From an uncultured Candidatus Saccharibacteria bacterium (GTDB lineage: Bacteria > Patescibacteriota > WWE3 > UBA101185 > UBA10185): DNA of 64,000 nucleotides. Each line of letters begins with the position of its first letter. The first letter of the stretch is position 1. This document shows, one piece after another, positions 10,333-18,174 of this stretch. The stretch covers positions 258,252 through 322,251 of the forward strand of contig CAYLMU010000001.1 in NCBI GenBank assembly GCA_964385105.1. Reading direction: 5' to 3'. Position numbers and translations under genes: made by a program. The notes beneath the pieces were generated by a model. That model did no database searches. It saw nothing but the letters and a program-made list of their open reading frames with translations, and was not told the origin of the DNA.

Positions 10333-10602
10333 ATGATTGATAAATTACAAGCATTTAATCAAGTTAGAAAAATGAAAGCCGAAATGGAAAAGGAGCTGGA
10401 ACAGATTTTTCACCAGGAAGAAAAGGGTGATAATCTGATTTTGTTGAGAGGAGATAAACGGGTAGAAAGAATTGTTATAAACGGCGAAGAAAGAAAAGAA
10501 ATAAAAGATCTTATAAACGAAGCAATGAAAAGTCTTGATAAAAAAGTTGAAAAGAAAATGCGCGGCAGAACGGAAGATATTTTGTCGATGTTTGGAAAAT
10601 AA
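10333..10602 (+). CDS. YbaB/EbfC-like nucleoid-associated protein (89 aa, tentative)
   Basis: Pattern EEKGDNLILLRGDKRVERIVINGEE...KDLINEAMKSLDKKVEKKM resembles the YbaB_DNA_bd family; inserted between secY and adk. Confidence 0.45.
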   Translation: MIDKLQAFNQVRKMKAEMEKELEQIFHQEEKGDNLILLRGDKRVERIVINGEERKEIKDLINEAMKSLDKKVEKKMRGRTEDILSMFGK

Positions 10603-10604
10603 TC

Positions 10605-11216
10605 ATGAGATTACTGTTATTGGGACCTCCAAGTTCGGGTAAGGGTACAATTGGTGAGATGTTGAGTGAAAGGCTTAATATTCCGCTTATTGGCATGGGA
10701 AGTATTTTGCGAAGCTTACCCCAAACACATCCAAGGTATGAGGAAGTTGACAAAATTATGGATAGTGGCGGATTAGCCCCAAACGAACTCGTGAGCGGAC
10801 TTTTAAATGAAAGATTGCAACATCCTGATTGTGCAAACGGATACATTATTGACGGTTATCCCCGAGACCCCGACCAATTGGCATTATACGAACCACAAAT
10901 TGATAAAGCTATATTGCTATTGGTGTCAATTGATTCTATTTTCAGACGCGTAACCGGCCGTCGAATTTGTACAAGCGACAACAAACCTTACAACATATAC
11001 ACTCTTCCTGAAGAAGAACTAAAGAAATGTACAGGTGAGTTAATTCAACGAGATGACGACACAGAAGAAGCTTTGACCAAAAGACTGGAAATTTATTTGA
11101 ATAAATCCGTAAAAGTTAGTGATTATTATAGAAAAAAAGGAATTCTTTATGAGGTTAGCGCAGAACCGCTTCCACAGGAAATAGTAGAAAGCATAGAAAA
11201 ACTTTTAAATGATTAA
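10605..11216 (+). CDS. adk: Adenylate kinase
   Basis: P-loop GPPSSGKGT; adenylate kinase core and lid segment; canonical position after secY. Confidence 0.9.
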   Translation: MRLLLLGPPSSGKGTIGEMLSERLNIPLIGMGSILRSLPQTHPRYEEVDKIMDSGGLAPNELVSGLLNERLQHPDCANGYIIDGYPRDPDQLALYEPQIDKAILLLVSIDSIFRRVTGRRICTSDNKPYNIYTLPEEELKKCTGELIQRDDDTEEALTKRLEIYLNKSVKVSDYYRKKGILYEVSAEPLPQEIVESIEKLLND

Positions 11217-11958
11217 GCTTAAATCCCCTGAAGAAATTGAATTAATGAAAGAAGGAGGCAAAATTACCGAGGGTGCTATGCATGAGGTTTTGCTTGCAGT
11301 AAGAGAAGGAATTAGTTTGTTTGAACTTAACACAATAGCCGAAGATTATATAAAAAAAAGTAATGCCCAAGCTTCATTTAAGACGGTTGATGATTATGAC
11401 TTTGCCACATGTATAAATGTAAATGAAGGAATTGTTCACGGGATTCCAAATGATTACATGCTTAAAAGTGGTGATGTGGTAAGTGTAGATTTAGGTGTAT
11501 TATTTAAGGGTTTTCATACTGATTTGTCTTATACTGTTGAAGTAAGCACAAATAATGAAGAAAAATTTTTAGAAACAGGAAAAAAAGCTTTAAATAAGGC
11601 AATTGAGCAATGTATAACGGGAAATAGGTTAGGCGATGTGTCGGCAGCAATACAGGAAACTATTGAAAAAGAGGGTTATACGGTTTCTGAAGACTTGGTT
11701 GGTCATGGTATTGGTAGAAAGCTGCATGAAGCTCCGTATGTAATGTGTTATGGTAACAGGGGTGAGGGTATAAAGCTTAAAGAAGGTATGGTATTTGCAA
11801 TTGAGGTAATTTATCAAAAGGGAAATCCTGAACTGACGCTTGATGCTGACGGCTGGACGTTAAAAACTGCCGATGGAAGTTTGTCGGGATTATTTGAGAG
11901 TACTGTAGCTGTAGGAAAAAGTAGCCCGATAATTATTGCAAATTATTTTGAAAAATAG
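11209..11958 (+). CDS. map: Methionine aminopeptidase type I
   Basis: 249 aa; pita-bread metalloprotease motifs (D...D...H...E...E pattern, VGHGIGR); 8-nt overlap with adk. Confidence 0.9.
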   Translation: MIKLKSPEEIELMKEGGKITEGAMHEVLLAVREGISLFELNTIAEDYIKKSNAQASFKTVDDYDFATCINVNEGIVHGIPNDYMLKSGDVVSVDLGVLFKGFHTDLSYTVEVSTNNEEKFLETGKKALNKAIEQCITGNRLGDVSAAIQETIEKEGYTVSEDLVGHGIGRKLHEAPYVMCYGNRGEGIKLKEGMVFAIEVIYQKGNPELTLDADGWTLKTADGSLSGLFESTVAVGKSSPIIIANYFEK

Positions 11959-11992
11959 TGTTATGATGCTATTATCATAAAACGGGTTTTTA

Positions 11993-12021
11993 TTGACGGT
12001 ATAGCAATATTTTGTTAGAAT
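11993..12021 (+). promoter_or_regulatory. Sigma-70-like promoter upstream of infA (TTGACG - 17 nt - TAGAAT)
   Basis: -35 TTGACG at 11993-11998, 17-nt spacer, -10 TAGAAT at 12016-12021; lies ~25 nt upstream of the infA ATG. Confidence 0.5.
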
Positions 12022-12046
12022 TTGCCCCGTCTATATAATATAGTTA

Positions 12047-12268
12047 ATGCAAGATACAAAAGAAGTAGTAACTAAAGAAGGAATAGTAAAAGAAGCACAG
12101 GCAGGAGGCATGTTTAAAATAGAGTTTGAAGATGGTGAACAGGCATGGGGTGTATTATCGGGTAAGATGAGGAAGTTTAGAATAACTATTCTGCCGGGAG
12201 ATAAGGTTAAAGTAGAGTTTTCTCCGCACGACCTTACACGCGGAAGGATTACTTACAGGCAAAGGTAA
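12047..12268 (+). CDS. infA: Translation initiation factor IF-1
   Basis: 73 aa; S1-like OB fold with the IF-1 sequence ([26 protein letters not shown]). Confidence 0.95.
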   Translation: MQDTKEVVTKEGIVKEAQAGGMFKIEFEDGEQAWGVLSGKMRKFRITILPGDKVKVEFSPHDLTRGRITYRQR

Positions 12269-12270
12269 AT

Positions 12271-12384
12271 ATGAAAGTTAGAAGTTCAGTAAAGAAAATT
12301 TGCAGAGATTGCAAAATAATAAAACGCGAGGGTGTGTTGCGAGTAATATGCAAAAACCCAAAGCACAAGCAAAGGCAAGGATAA
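12271..12384 (+). CDS. rpmJ: 50S ribosomal protein L36 (37 aa; absent from the ORF track because <60 aa)
   Basis: My manual translation gives [37 protein letters not shown]; C-x2-C...C...H zinc ribbon; sits exactly between infA and rpsM. Confidence 0.9.
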   Translation: MKVRSSVKKICRDCKIIKREGVLRVICKNPKHKQRQG

Positions 12385-12774
12385 ATGGCCAGATTTTTAG
12401 GTATTGACATACCAGACAACAAAAGAGTAATAATAGCACTTACCTATATTAAAGGTATCGGTCGACCTACTGCTGAAAGGATTTTAAAAGAAACAGGTAT
12501 TGATGAAAATATTAGAACCCATCAATTAACCGATGCTGATTTTGCAAACTTGAGAAACAAGATTGAAGAGCTGAAGCTTCCTGTTGAGGGTGAATTGAGA
12601 AGAATTATCAATCAAAATATTAGAAGATTACAAGAAATTAAAAGCTACAGGGGTGACAGGCATACAAAAGGATTACCCGCAAGAGGACAGAGAACAAGAT
12701 CAAATTCTAGAACCAGAAAAGGAAAGAAAAAAACAGTAGCCGGAGCACAAAAGAAAGCTACTGCAAAGAAATAA
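12385..12774 (+). CDS. rpsM: 30S ribosomal protein S13
   Basis: 129 aa; [14 protein letters not shown] start. Confidence 0.95.
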   Translation: MARFLGIDIPDNKRVIIALTYIKGIGRPTAERILKETGIDENIRTHQLTDADFANLRNKIEELKLPVEGELRRIINQNIRRLQEIKSYRGDRHTKGLPARGQRTRSNSRTRKGKKKTVAGAQKKATAKK

Positions 12775-12778
12775 TATT

Positions 12779-13168
12779 ATGGCAGTTAAGAAAAAAAAGA
12801 CAAAAAAATCAACGAGGCAAATACCTACTTCCGGAAGAGCATATATTGCAGCCGGTTTTAATAATACCCTTATCACAATAACTGATGCAGAGGGTAATGC
12901 TTTGTTTTCAGGTAGTGCCGGTGGAGCCGGATTTAAAGGCTCAAGAAAATCAACTCCTTATGCTGCTACCAAGTCAACCGAAGTTATTGCTCAAAGAGCT
13001 CATGAATCAGGATTGAGGGAAGTAGCTGTTTACATTAAAGGACCGGGTCACGGAAGAATTCCTGCGATTAAGGCTTTAAAAAGTGCAGGATTAAAAGTAA
13101 TCTCTATTGCGGATGTCACACCGATGCCTCATAATGGCTGTCGTCCTAGAAAGAAAAGAAGGGTTTAA
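12779..13168 (+). CDS. rpsK: 30S ribosomal protein S11
   Basis: 129 aa; conserved S11 core. Confidence 0.95.
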   Translation: MAVKKKKTKKSTRQIPTSGRAYIAAGFNNTLITITDAEGNALFSGSAGGAGFKGSRKSTPYAATKSTEVIAQRAHESGLREVAVYIKGPGHGRIPAIKALKSAGLKVISIADVTPMPHNGCRPRKKRRV

Positions 13169-13177
13169 GGAAATAAT

Positions 13178-13780
13178 ATGGCAAGATATACCGGACCAAA
13201 GTGTAAATTATGCAGAAGAGAAGGAATGAAACTTTATCTTAAAGGTACAAGATGCGAGTCTGATAAGTGCGGTGTTGTTAGAAGAAACACAGCCCCCGGA
13301 CAACACGGTACATCAAGAAGAAGGCTTTCAAACTACGGTGTGCAACTTAGAGAAAAGCAGAAAGTTAAGAGAATTTATGGCGTACTCGAAAGGCAATTTA
13401 GGAACTATGTTAATGAAGCAATGAAAACAACAGGTGTGTCGGGTGAGGTTTTAGTACAAATGCTTGAAACCAGGCTTGATAATATGGTTTACAGAAGCGG
13501 ATTTGCCGTTTCAAGAGCTCAAGCACGGCAGCTTATTAGGTCGGGGTTTTTTATGATTAATGATGAAATCGTTAAAACTCCGTCATATAGAGTGCAAACC
13601 GGTGATATTATTAAACCGGTAAGTTTTGATAAGATTCATTTGCGTGAAGGGTTTGTTCTGCCTGAATGGATTGACGCAAATGTTAAAGAAAGATACGTAA
13701 AATTAGTAAGACTGCCTGAGTTGCAGGAAGTAACTGAAAACATAAATATTCAGTTAATTATCGAATTCTATTCGAGATAA
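13178..13780 (+). CDS. rpsD: 30S ribosomal protein S4 (zinc-finger type)
   Basis: 200 aa; CKLCRREG...CESDKC N-terminal Zn finger; S4 domain. Confidence 0.95.
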   Translation: MARYTGPKCKLCRREGMKLYLKGTRCESDKCGVVRRNTAPGQHGTSRRRLSNYGVQLREKQKVKRIYGVLERQFRNYVNEAMKTTGVSGEVLVQMLETRLDNMVYRSGFAVSRAQARQLIRSGFFMINDEIVKTPSYRVQTGDIIKPVSFDKIHLREGFVLPEWIDANVKERYVKLVRLPELQEVTENINIQLIIEFYSR

Positions 13781-13802
13781 TTTTTAAAGGAGGATTAAAA
13801 AA

Positions 13803-14723
13803 GTGTTATTACAAACAAGTGATGTACAAATTAAAAAAATATCCGAAAAAAATAACGAGGGTATTTTTGAGTTCAGCCCATTACCTGAAGGATTTGGTCA
13901 TACCTTAGGTAGTAGTTTAAGAAGAGTGTTACTGACATCCTTAAAGGGTGCAGCAGTTACCCAAGTGAGAATGCCTAAAGTTTCACATCAATTTACAACC
14001 GTGCCGGGTGTTAAAGAAGATGTAGTTGAGCTCACTTTAAATTTAAAGGGTATTAGAGCAAAAGTATACGGAGATAACCCTGTTGTTGGGAGAATAGAAA
14101 AATCCGGACCGGGAGCTGTTACCGCAAATGACATTGAGCTCTCATCTGATGCTGAAATAGTAAATAAAGACCTTCATATTGCTGAACTTGCAGATAAAAA
14201 TGCCAAATTTGAAGCTGATATTACAATAGAGCCCGGAACCGGGTATTTATCGGTGGAAGACAGAAAGTCATCAAAAGTAGGTGTTATTTTGATTGATGCA
14301 TTGTTTTCACCTGTAACACATGTTTCATATGAGGTAGAACCAACACGATTAGGTGAAGTAATTGGTTTAGATAAGTTAACAATCACAATAAAAACCGACG
14401 GCACTATGACACCAGGGGATGCAATAGTTGAGGCATCCACTTTACTTAGAAATTTCTTTTCAAGATTCTCAAAAGGTGAAGACCCAGTAGAAGAAGTTGA
14501 GGAACCAGTTACAAAAGAATCAGGAACCAAAGAAAAGTCTGTTACATATATTGAAGATTTGTCACTTCCTACAAGAACAATAAACGCCCTTAAAAAAGCA
14601 GGAATTGACACACTAAATCAACTTGCAAAATTGTCGGATGAAGAATTAGCTGACATCAAAAACCTTGGCGATAAGTCCATTGACGAGATTACCAAAGTTA
14701 TGAAAAAAGAAGGACTAATATAA
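13803..14723 (+). CDS. rpoA: DNA-directed RNA polymerase subunit alpha
   Basis: 306 aa; GTG start preceded by AAAGGAGG; NTD and CTD (HhH) motifs. Confidence 0.9.
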   Translation: MLLQTSDVQIKKISEKNNEGIFEFSPLPEGFGHTLGSSLRRVLLTSLKGAAVTQVRMPKVSHQFTTVPGVKEDVVELTLNLKGIRAKVYGDNPVVGRIEKSGPGAVTANDIELSSDAEIVNKDLHIAELADKNAKFEADITIEPGTGYLSVEDRKSSKVGVILIDALFSPVTHVSYEVEPTRLGEVIGLDKLTITIKTDGTMTPGDAIVEASTLLRNFFSRFSKGEDPVEEVEEPVTKESGTKEKSVTYIEDLSLPTRTINALKKAGIDTLNQLAKLSDEELADIKNLGDKSIDEITKVMKKEGLI

Positions 14724-14741
14724 AATTTTTAGTTAGATCTT

Positions 14742-15104
14742 ATGAGACACAGAGTAGCAAAAAAGAAATTAAATAGAGACACAGATCACAGAAAAGCCTT
14801 AATAAGGAATTTATCACGATCGTTGATTTTGGAGGGTAAAATAGAAACTACTCTGGCTAAAGCCAAATATGTACAGCCGTATGTTGAAAAACTGGTTACA
14901 AAAGCAAAAAAGGGAAGCGATTTTAATAACTTAAATAATTTAAATGCAAAGCTACGTTCAAATAAGGCCTTGGATGTTCTGGTTAAAGAACTTGCTCCAA
15001 AATACACATCAAGAAGTGGCGGATACACAAGAATAGTAAAGTTAGGATTTAGAGACGGCGATAAAGCACCTATGGCAAGAATAGAATGGGTAAAAAATGA
15101 CTAA
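14742..15104 (+). CDS. rplQ: 50S ribosomal protein L17
   Basis: 120 aa; MRHRVAKKKLNRDTDHRKAL start. Confidence 0.9.
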   Translation: MRHRVAKKKLNRDTDHRKALIRNLSRSLILEGKIETTLAKAKYVQPYVEKLVTKAKKGSDFNNLNNLNAKLRSNKALDVLVKELAPKYTSRSGGYTRIVKLGFRDGDKAPMARIEWVKND

Positions 15105-15519
15105 AACTACAATAACAAGAAAAGAAGACTTAAAAAGAGATTGGCATGTAATTGATGCACGCGGAAAAATATTAGGCCAGGTTGCATCTGAAGCCGCCCA
15201 ATTACTATTGGGAAAACACAAGCCTAATTTTACTTTTCATTTAAATAACGGAGATAAAGTCATTATTACAAATGCTTCAAAGATTGCTGTAACCGGAAAT
15301 AAAGAAAATGCAAAAGTTTATTCCAGGTATAGCGGATACCCTGGTGGAATAAAGTCAGAGACTTTAAAACAGCTAAAAGCCAGAAAACCTGATGAAGTAA
15401 TAAGGTTGGCAGTAAAAGGTATGTTGCCAAAAAATAAGCTTCAAAAAGACAGAATGAGTAATTTATATATTTATGAAGGTGAAAGCCACCCTCATCAAAA
15501 TATAGCTAAAGATAAATAA
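15097..15519 (+). CDS. rplM: 50S ribosomal protein L13
   Basis: 140 aa; WHVIDARGKILGQVAS motif. Confidence 0.9.
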   Translation: MTKTTITRKEDLKRDWHVIDARGKILGQVASEAAQLLLGKHKPNFTFHLNNGDKVIITNASKIAVTGNKENAKVYSRYSGYPGGIKSETLKQLKARKPDEVIRLAVKGMLPKNKLQKDRMSNLYIYEGESHPHQNIAKDK

Positions 15520-15520
15520 T

Positions 15521-16021
15521 ATGGCACAAGCACAAGATTTACAAACAAGTGAAAACATGGAAATAAAAAAAGGATTTAAATTCTGGAATAATGAAAAAAA
15601 TGCCGGTGAAGATGCTGAAAAAGGCAAGTTCATAATTACCGGAACTGGCAGAAGAAAAACTGCAGTCGCCAGATTATTTTTGTACACAGAAAAAGGCGAT
15701 TTTTTTGTAAACGATAAGCCGATTGACGAATATTTTGAATCTGAACAGGCTAAAGCAACTTGGATGAGGCCTTTTCATGCTGTAGGCATTTCTCACCCCA
15801 TGTCACAATTTAGCGGAACTGTTAAAATTCACGGGTCAGGTAAATCGGCTCAAGCTGACGCACTTATGCTTGCTTTTGCCCGAGCTCTGGATTTAGTAAA
15901 CGAAGAATACTCAAGTGCCATAAGAAAGCAAGGACTATTAACAAGAGATTCAAGAATGGTAGAAAGAAAGAAGCCTTTCTTAAAGAAAGCACGAAAGAGA
16001 CCTCAATACTCTAAACGTTAA
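15521..16021 (+). CDS. rpsI: 30S ribosomal protein S9 with an N-terminal extension of ~35 aa
   Basis: C-terminal ...PQYSKR and GTGRRKTAVARL core; 166 aa versus ~130 typical. Confidence 0.9.
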   Translation: MAQAQDLQTSENMEIKKGFKFWNNEKNAGEDAEKGKFIITGTGRRKTAVARLFLYTEKGDFFVNDKPIDEYFESEQAKATWMRPFHAVGISHPMSQFSGTVKIHGSGKSAQADALMLAFARALDLVNEEYSSAIRKQGLLTRDSRMVERKKPFLKKARKRPQYSKR

Positions 16022-16290
16022 TCAAGAAGTATTCGAATTTCTTCAAGCACAGATTCAACGTCTCTAATTCGTTGTGACAATATTACCTTTTGTTCCCTGG
16101 ATAAATAAAGTATACCTACATTGTATTCGTTTGAGATTTTTTCAAGTACTTTATAAGAAGGAATTACTTTTCCGGTTTCGTAGGCAGATATTGTTTTAGC
16201 GGACACGCCGATTTTTTTGCCAAACCTGTTTTGTGACAGATTGAGCTTTAATCTTAATAATTTTATTCTTGTGCCTACATTTTCATTCAT
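16018..16290 (-). CDS. XRE-family (Cro/CI-type) helix-turn-helix transcriptional regulator
   Basis: 90 aa; IKLLRLKLNLSQNRFGKKIGVSAKTISAYETGK HTH_3 motif; its stop codon overlaps the rpsI stop (convergent). Confidence 0.7.
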   Translation of the reverse strand: MNENVGTRIKLLRLKLNLSQNRFGKKIGVSAKTISAYETGKVIPSYKVLEKISNEYNVGILYLSREQKVILSQRIRDVESVLEEIRILLD

Positions 16291-16311
16291 ATCTATTTAT
16301 ATTAGAATATA

Positions 16312-16353
16312 CTATATTGTAATTAATGTTGCAATAACCTATATTGTGATTAT
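16312..16353. promoter_or_regulatory. Two 14-nt direct repeats (CTATATTGTAATTA / CTATATTGTGATTA) in the HTH/radC divergent intergenic region; candidate operators
   Basis: Repeats at 16312-16325 and 16340-16353 seen in the sequence; the second overlaps the radC ATG. Confidence 0.35.
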
Positions 16354-17056
16354 GCAAATGAGTTTAAAAATACATGACCTTCAATCCTCAGAAAAGCCTA
16401 GAGAGAGGCTGTTAAATTATGGTGAATCAATATTATCAGACGCGGAGTTACTTGCAATTATTTTAAGGTCAGGTGGTGTTAAAGGGTCTTCACTTAGTCT
16501 CGCGAGCGTGTTGTTGAAAAAGTTTTCAGGTTTGAATGGTGTAATATTTGCCAGATATGAAGAGTTGGTGGGAATAAAAGACGTAGGCCCTGCAAAGGCA
16601 ACGAGTATTAAGGCAATTTCTGAGATTGCACTTAGATTAAACATGGACAGTAAAGTAAAAAAATTTAAATTATCGGGTCCGCGAGATGTGTTTGTTTACA
16701 TGAAAAAATCCATTTATAAAAAAGAAAAAGAACACCTATATGTTATCTCACTTGATTCAAGAAATTTTGCTATATCTGCAGATTTAGTGTCTGTTGGTAC
16801 AGTAAATGAAACTTTAATTCATCCAAGAGAAGTGTTTCGTGAGGCTATTTATAAAAATGCCACTTATATAATTTTGGCTCATAATCATCCCTCTGGGGAT
16901 ACAAGCCCGAGTGAAGAAGATATACAGGTTACGCACAGATTAGTGGAAACCGGGAAAATTATTGGAATTCCGCTTGTTGATCATGTGATATTAAGCAATG
17001 ACTCATATACAAGCTTAAAGTCAAAAGATTTGATTAATAAAGAGGATAAACAATAA
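16352..17056 (+). CDS. radC: RadC-like JAB/MPN-domain protein (UPF0758 family). The ORF track starts it at 16217; I prefer the ATG at 16352.
   Basis: HhH N-terminus (SDAELLAIILRSG), JAMM motif HNHPSGDTSPSEED. Confidence 0.8.
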   Translation: MQMSLKIHDLQSSEKPRERLLNYGESILSDAELLAIILRSGGVKGSSLSLASVLLKKFSGLNGVIFARYEELVGIKDVGPAKATSIKAISEIALRLNMDSKVKKFKLSGPRDVFVYMKKSIYKKEKEHLYVISLDSRNFAISADLVSVGTVNETLIHPREVFREAIYKNATYIILAHNHPSGDTSPSEEDIQVTHRLVETGKIIGIPLVDHVILSNDSYTSLKSKDLINKEDKQ

Positions 17057-17096
17057 ATGTGAAAAGTAGTAGGTTTTTTTGAAAGGAGGTGAGAAG

Positions 17097-17675
17097 GTGA
17101 AAAAGCTAATTTATGTTTATGCTTCGCTTGCTGCTTTGGTTTTGGTTGTAGCCGGTGTGACGTATGCAGCGTTTTCTGATAAAGGCAACGTGTTAGGTTC
17201 GACTTTTTCTGTAGGCAGTGCGGATATAAAGTTACTAAATGACATAACACAAGGATTGGGTGAGGGTAATCTTGTTGAAGAAAAAGCAGGTCCGAATTTT
17301 AACAACATAAGTCCATTCTGGACGAAAGATTACCTGATGAAAATCTATAACAACGCTGCTACTCAAATTAGTTTAAGTTCCAATTCAAATTATGAGACGG
17401 CAAACGACCCCATGGAGCTTAGACAAATAATATTTGTTGAACCGTTTGAATGGAATGACAACAATAGTGATGGTGTATTGGATGCCGGTGAACTTGGGAC
17501 TTCGTATGGAAGAAAGACAATTGTGAAATGGAAAACCGAGGGTTTTAATTTGGGAAGTGTTGATGCAGGTGCAGTAAAAAGTTTAGTGTTAAGGTTTTCT
17601 ACTGATGCTGTTTCTGACACAAAGCAAGGTGCTAGTGCTTTGTTTGATTTTCAGTTTAGTTCTTTAGGGTTGTAA
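17097..17675 (+). CDS. Secreted protein with a SipW-cognate-class signal peptide (TasA/camelysin-like N-terminus)
   Basis: AAAGGAGG SD then GTG at 17097; N-terminus KKLIYVYASLAALVLVVAGVTYAAFSD matches the (T/V)xAxFxD motif of SipW-dependent signal peptides; the rest is Asn/Ser/Thr/Asp-rich. Confidence 0.5.
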   Translation: MKKLIYVYASLAALVLVVAGVTYAAFSDKGNVLGSTFSVGSADIKLLNDITQGLGEGNLVEEKAGPNFNNISPFWTKDYLMKIYNNAATQISLSSNSNYETANDPMELRQIIFVEPFEWNDNNSDGVLDAGELGTSYGRKTIVKWKTEGFNLGSVDAGAVKSLVLRFSTDAVSDTKQGASALFDFQFSSLGL

Positions 17676-17681
17676 TAAGAA

Positions 17682-17709
17682 ATTCTTGCCTACCCGGGAA
17701 GGCAAGAAT
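17682..17709 (+). promoter_or_regulatory. Perfect 9-bp inverted repeat (ATTCTTGCC - TACCCGGGAA - GGCAAGAAT) between the TasA-like gene and the signal peptidase gene
   Basis: Seen directly in the sequence; no U-tract follows, so it may be an attenuator or processing hairpin rather than a full terminator. Confidence 0.4.
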
Positions 17710-17715
17710 AAATAT

Positions 17716-18174
17716 ATGAAGAAAAAAGTTATACCTATTTTAATATCTCTTTTAATAATATGTGCTTATGTAATTGAGTATAGGCCAATGGTTTATATCA
17801 TTGCTTCAGATTCCATGTCTCCGGTAATTAGAAAAGGAAGCCTTATTGTTGTTGTAAAAAAAGATCAATACTCTTTGTATGATGTTGTAACTTATAAAGT
17901 ATCGTCAAAAATGGATACCTATGTTACACACAGAATTAATAGAATTACTGATATTGAGCAAGCTAAGATGTATTATACAAAAGGTGATGCTAACAAACAC
18001 GAAGATTTTTTGCCTATAACACAGGAAGAAATAATAGGTAAGGTTTATTTTGTTATTCCCTATTTTATATATATATTTCATCCGACTTTGTTATTGATGT
18101 TTTTTTATATGCCTGTTGGGTATTTAGCCGGAAGATTAGTAAAAAAGATTGTGTTATTATCATCGTATGAGTAA
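17716..18174 (+). CDS. Signal peptidase I, archaeal/ER-type (SipW-like, S26B)
   Basis: N-terminal TM then the SDSMSP(V) catalytic Ser box; ~150 aa size typical of SipW/Sec11-type peptidases; the TTG at 17686 used by the ORF track lies inside the hairpin. Confidence 0.7.
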   Translation: MKKKVIPILISLLIICAYVIEYRPMVYIIASDSMSPVIRKGSLIVVVKKDQYSLYDVVTYKVSSKMDTYVTHRINRITDIEQAKMYYTKGDANKHEDFLPITQEEIIGKVYFVIPYFIYIFHPTLLLMFFYMPVGYLAGRLVKKIVLLSSYE

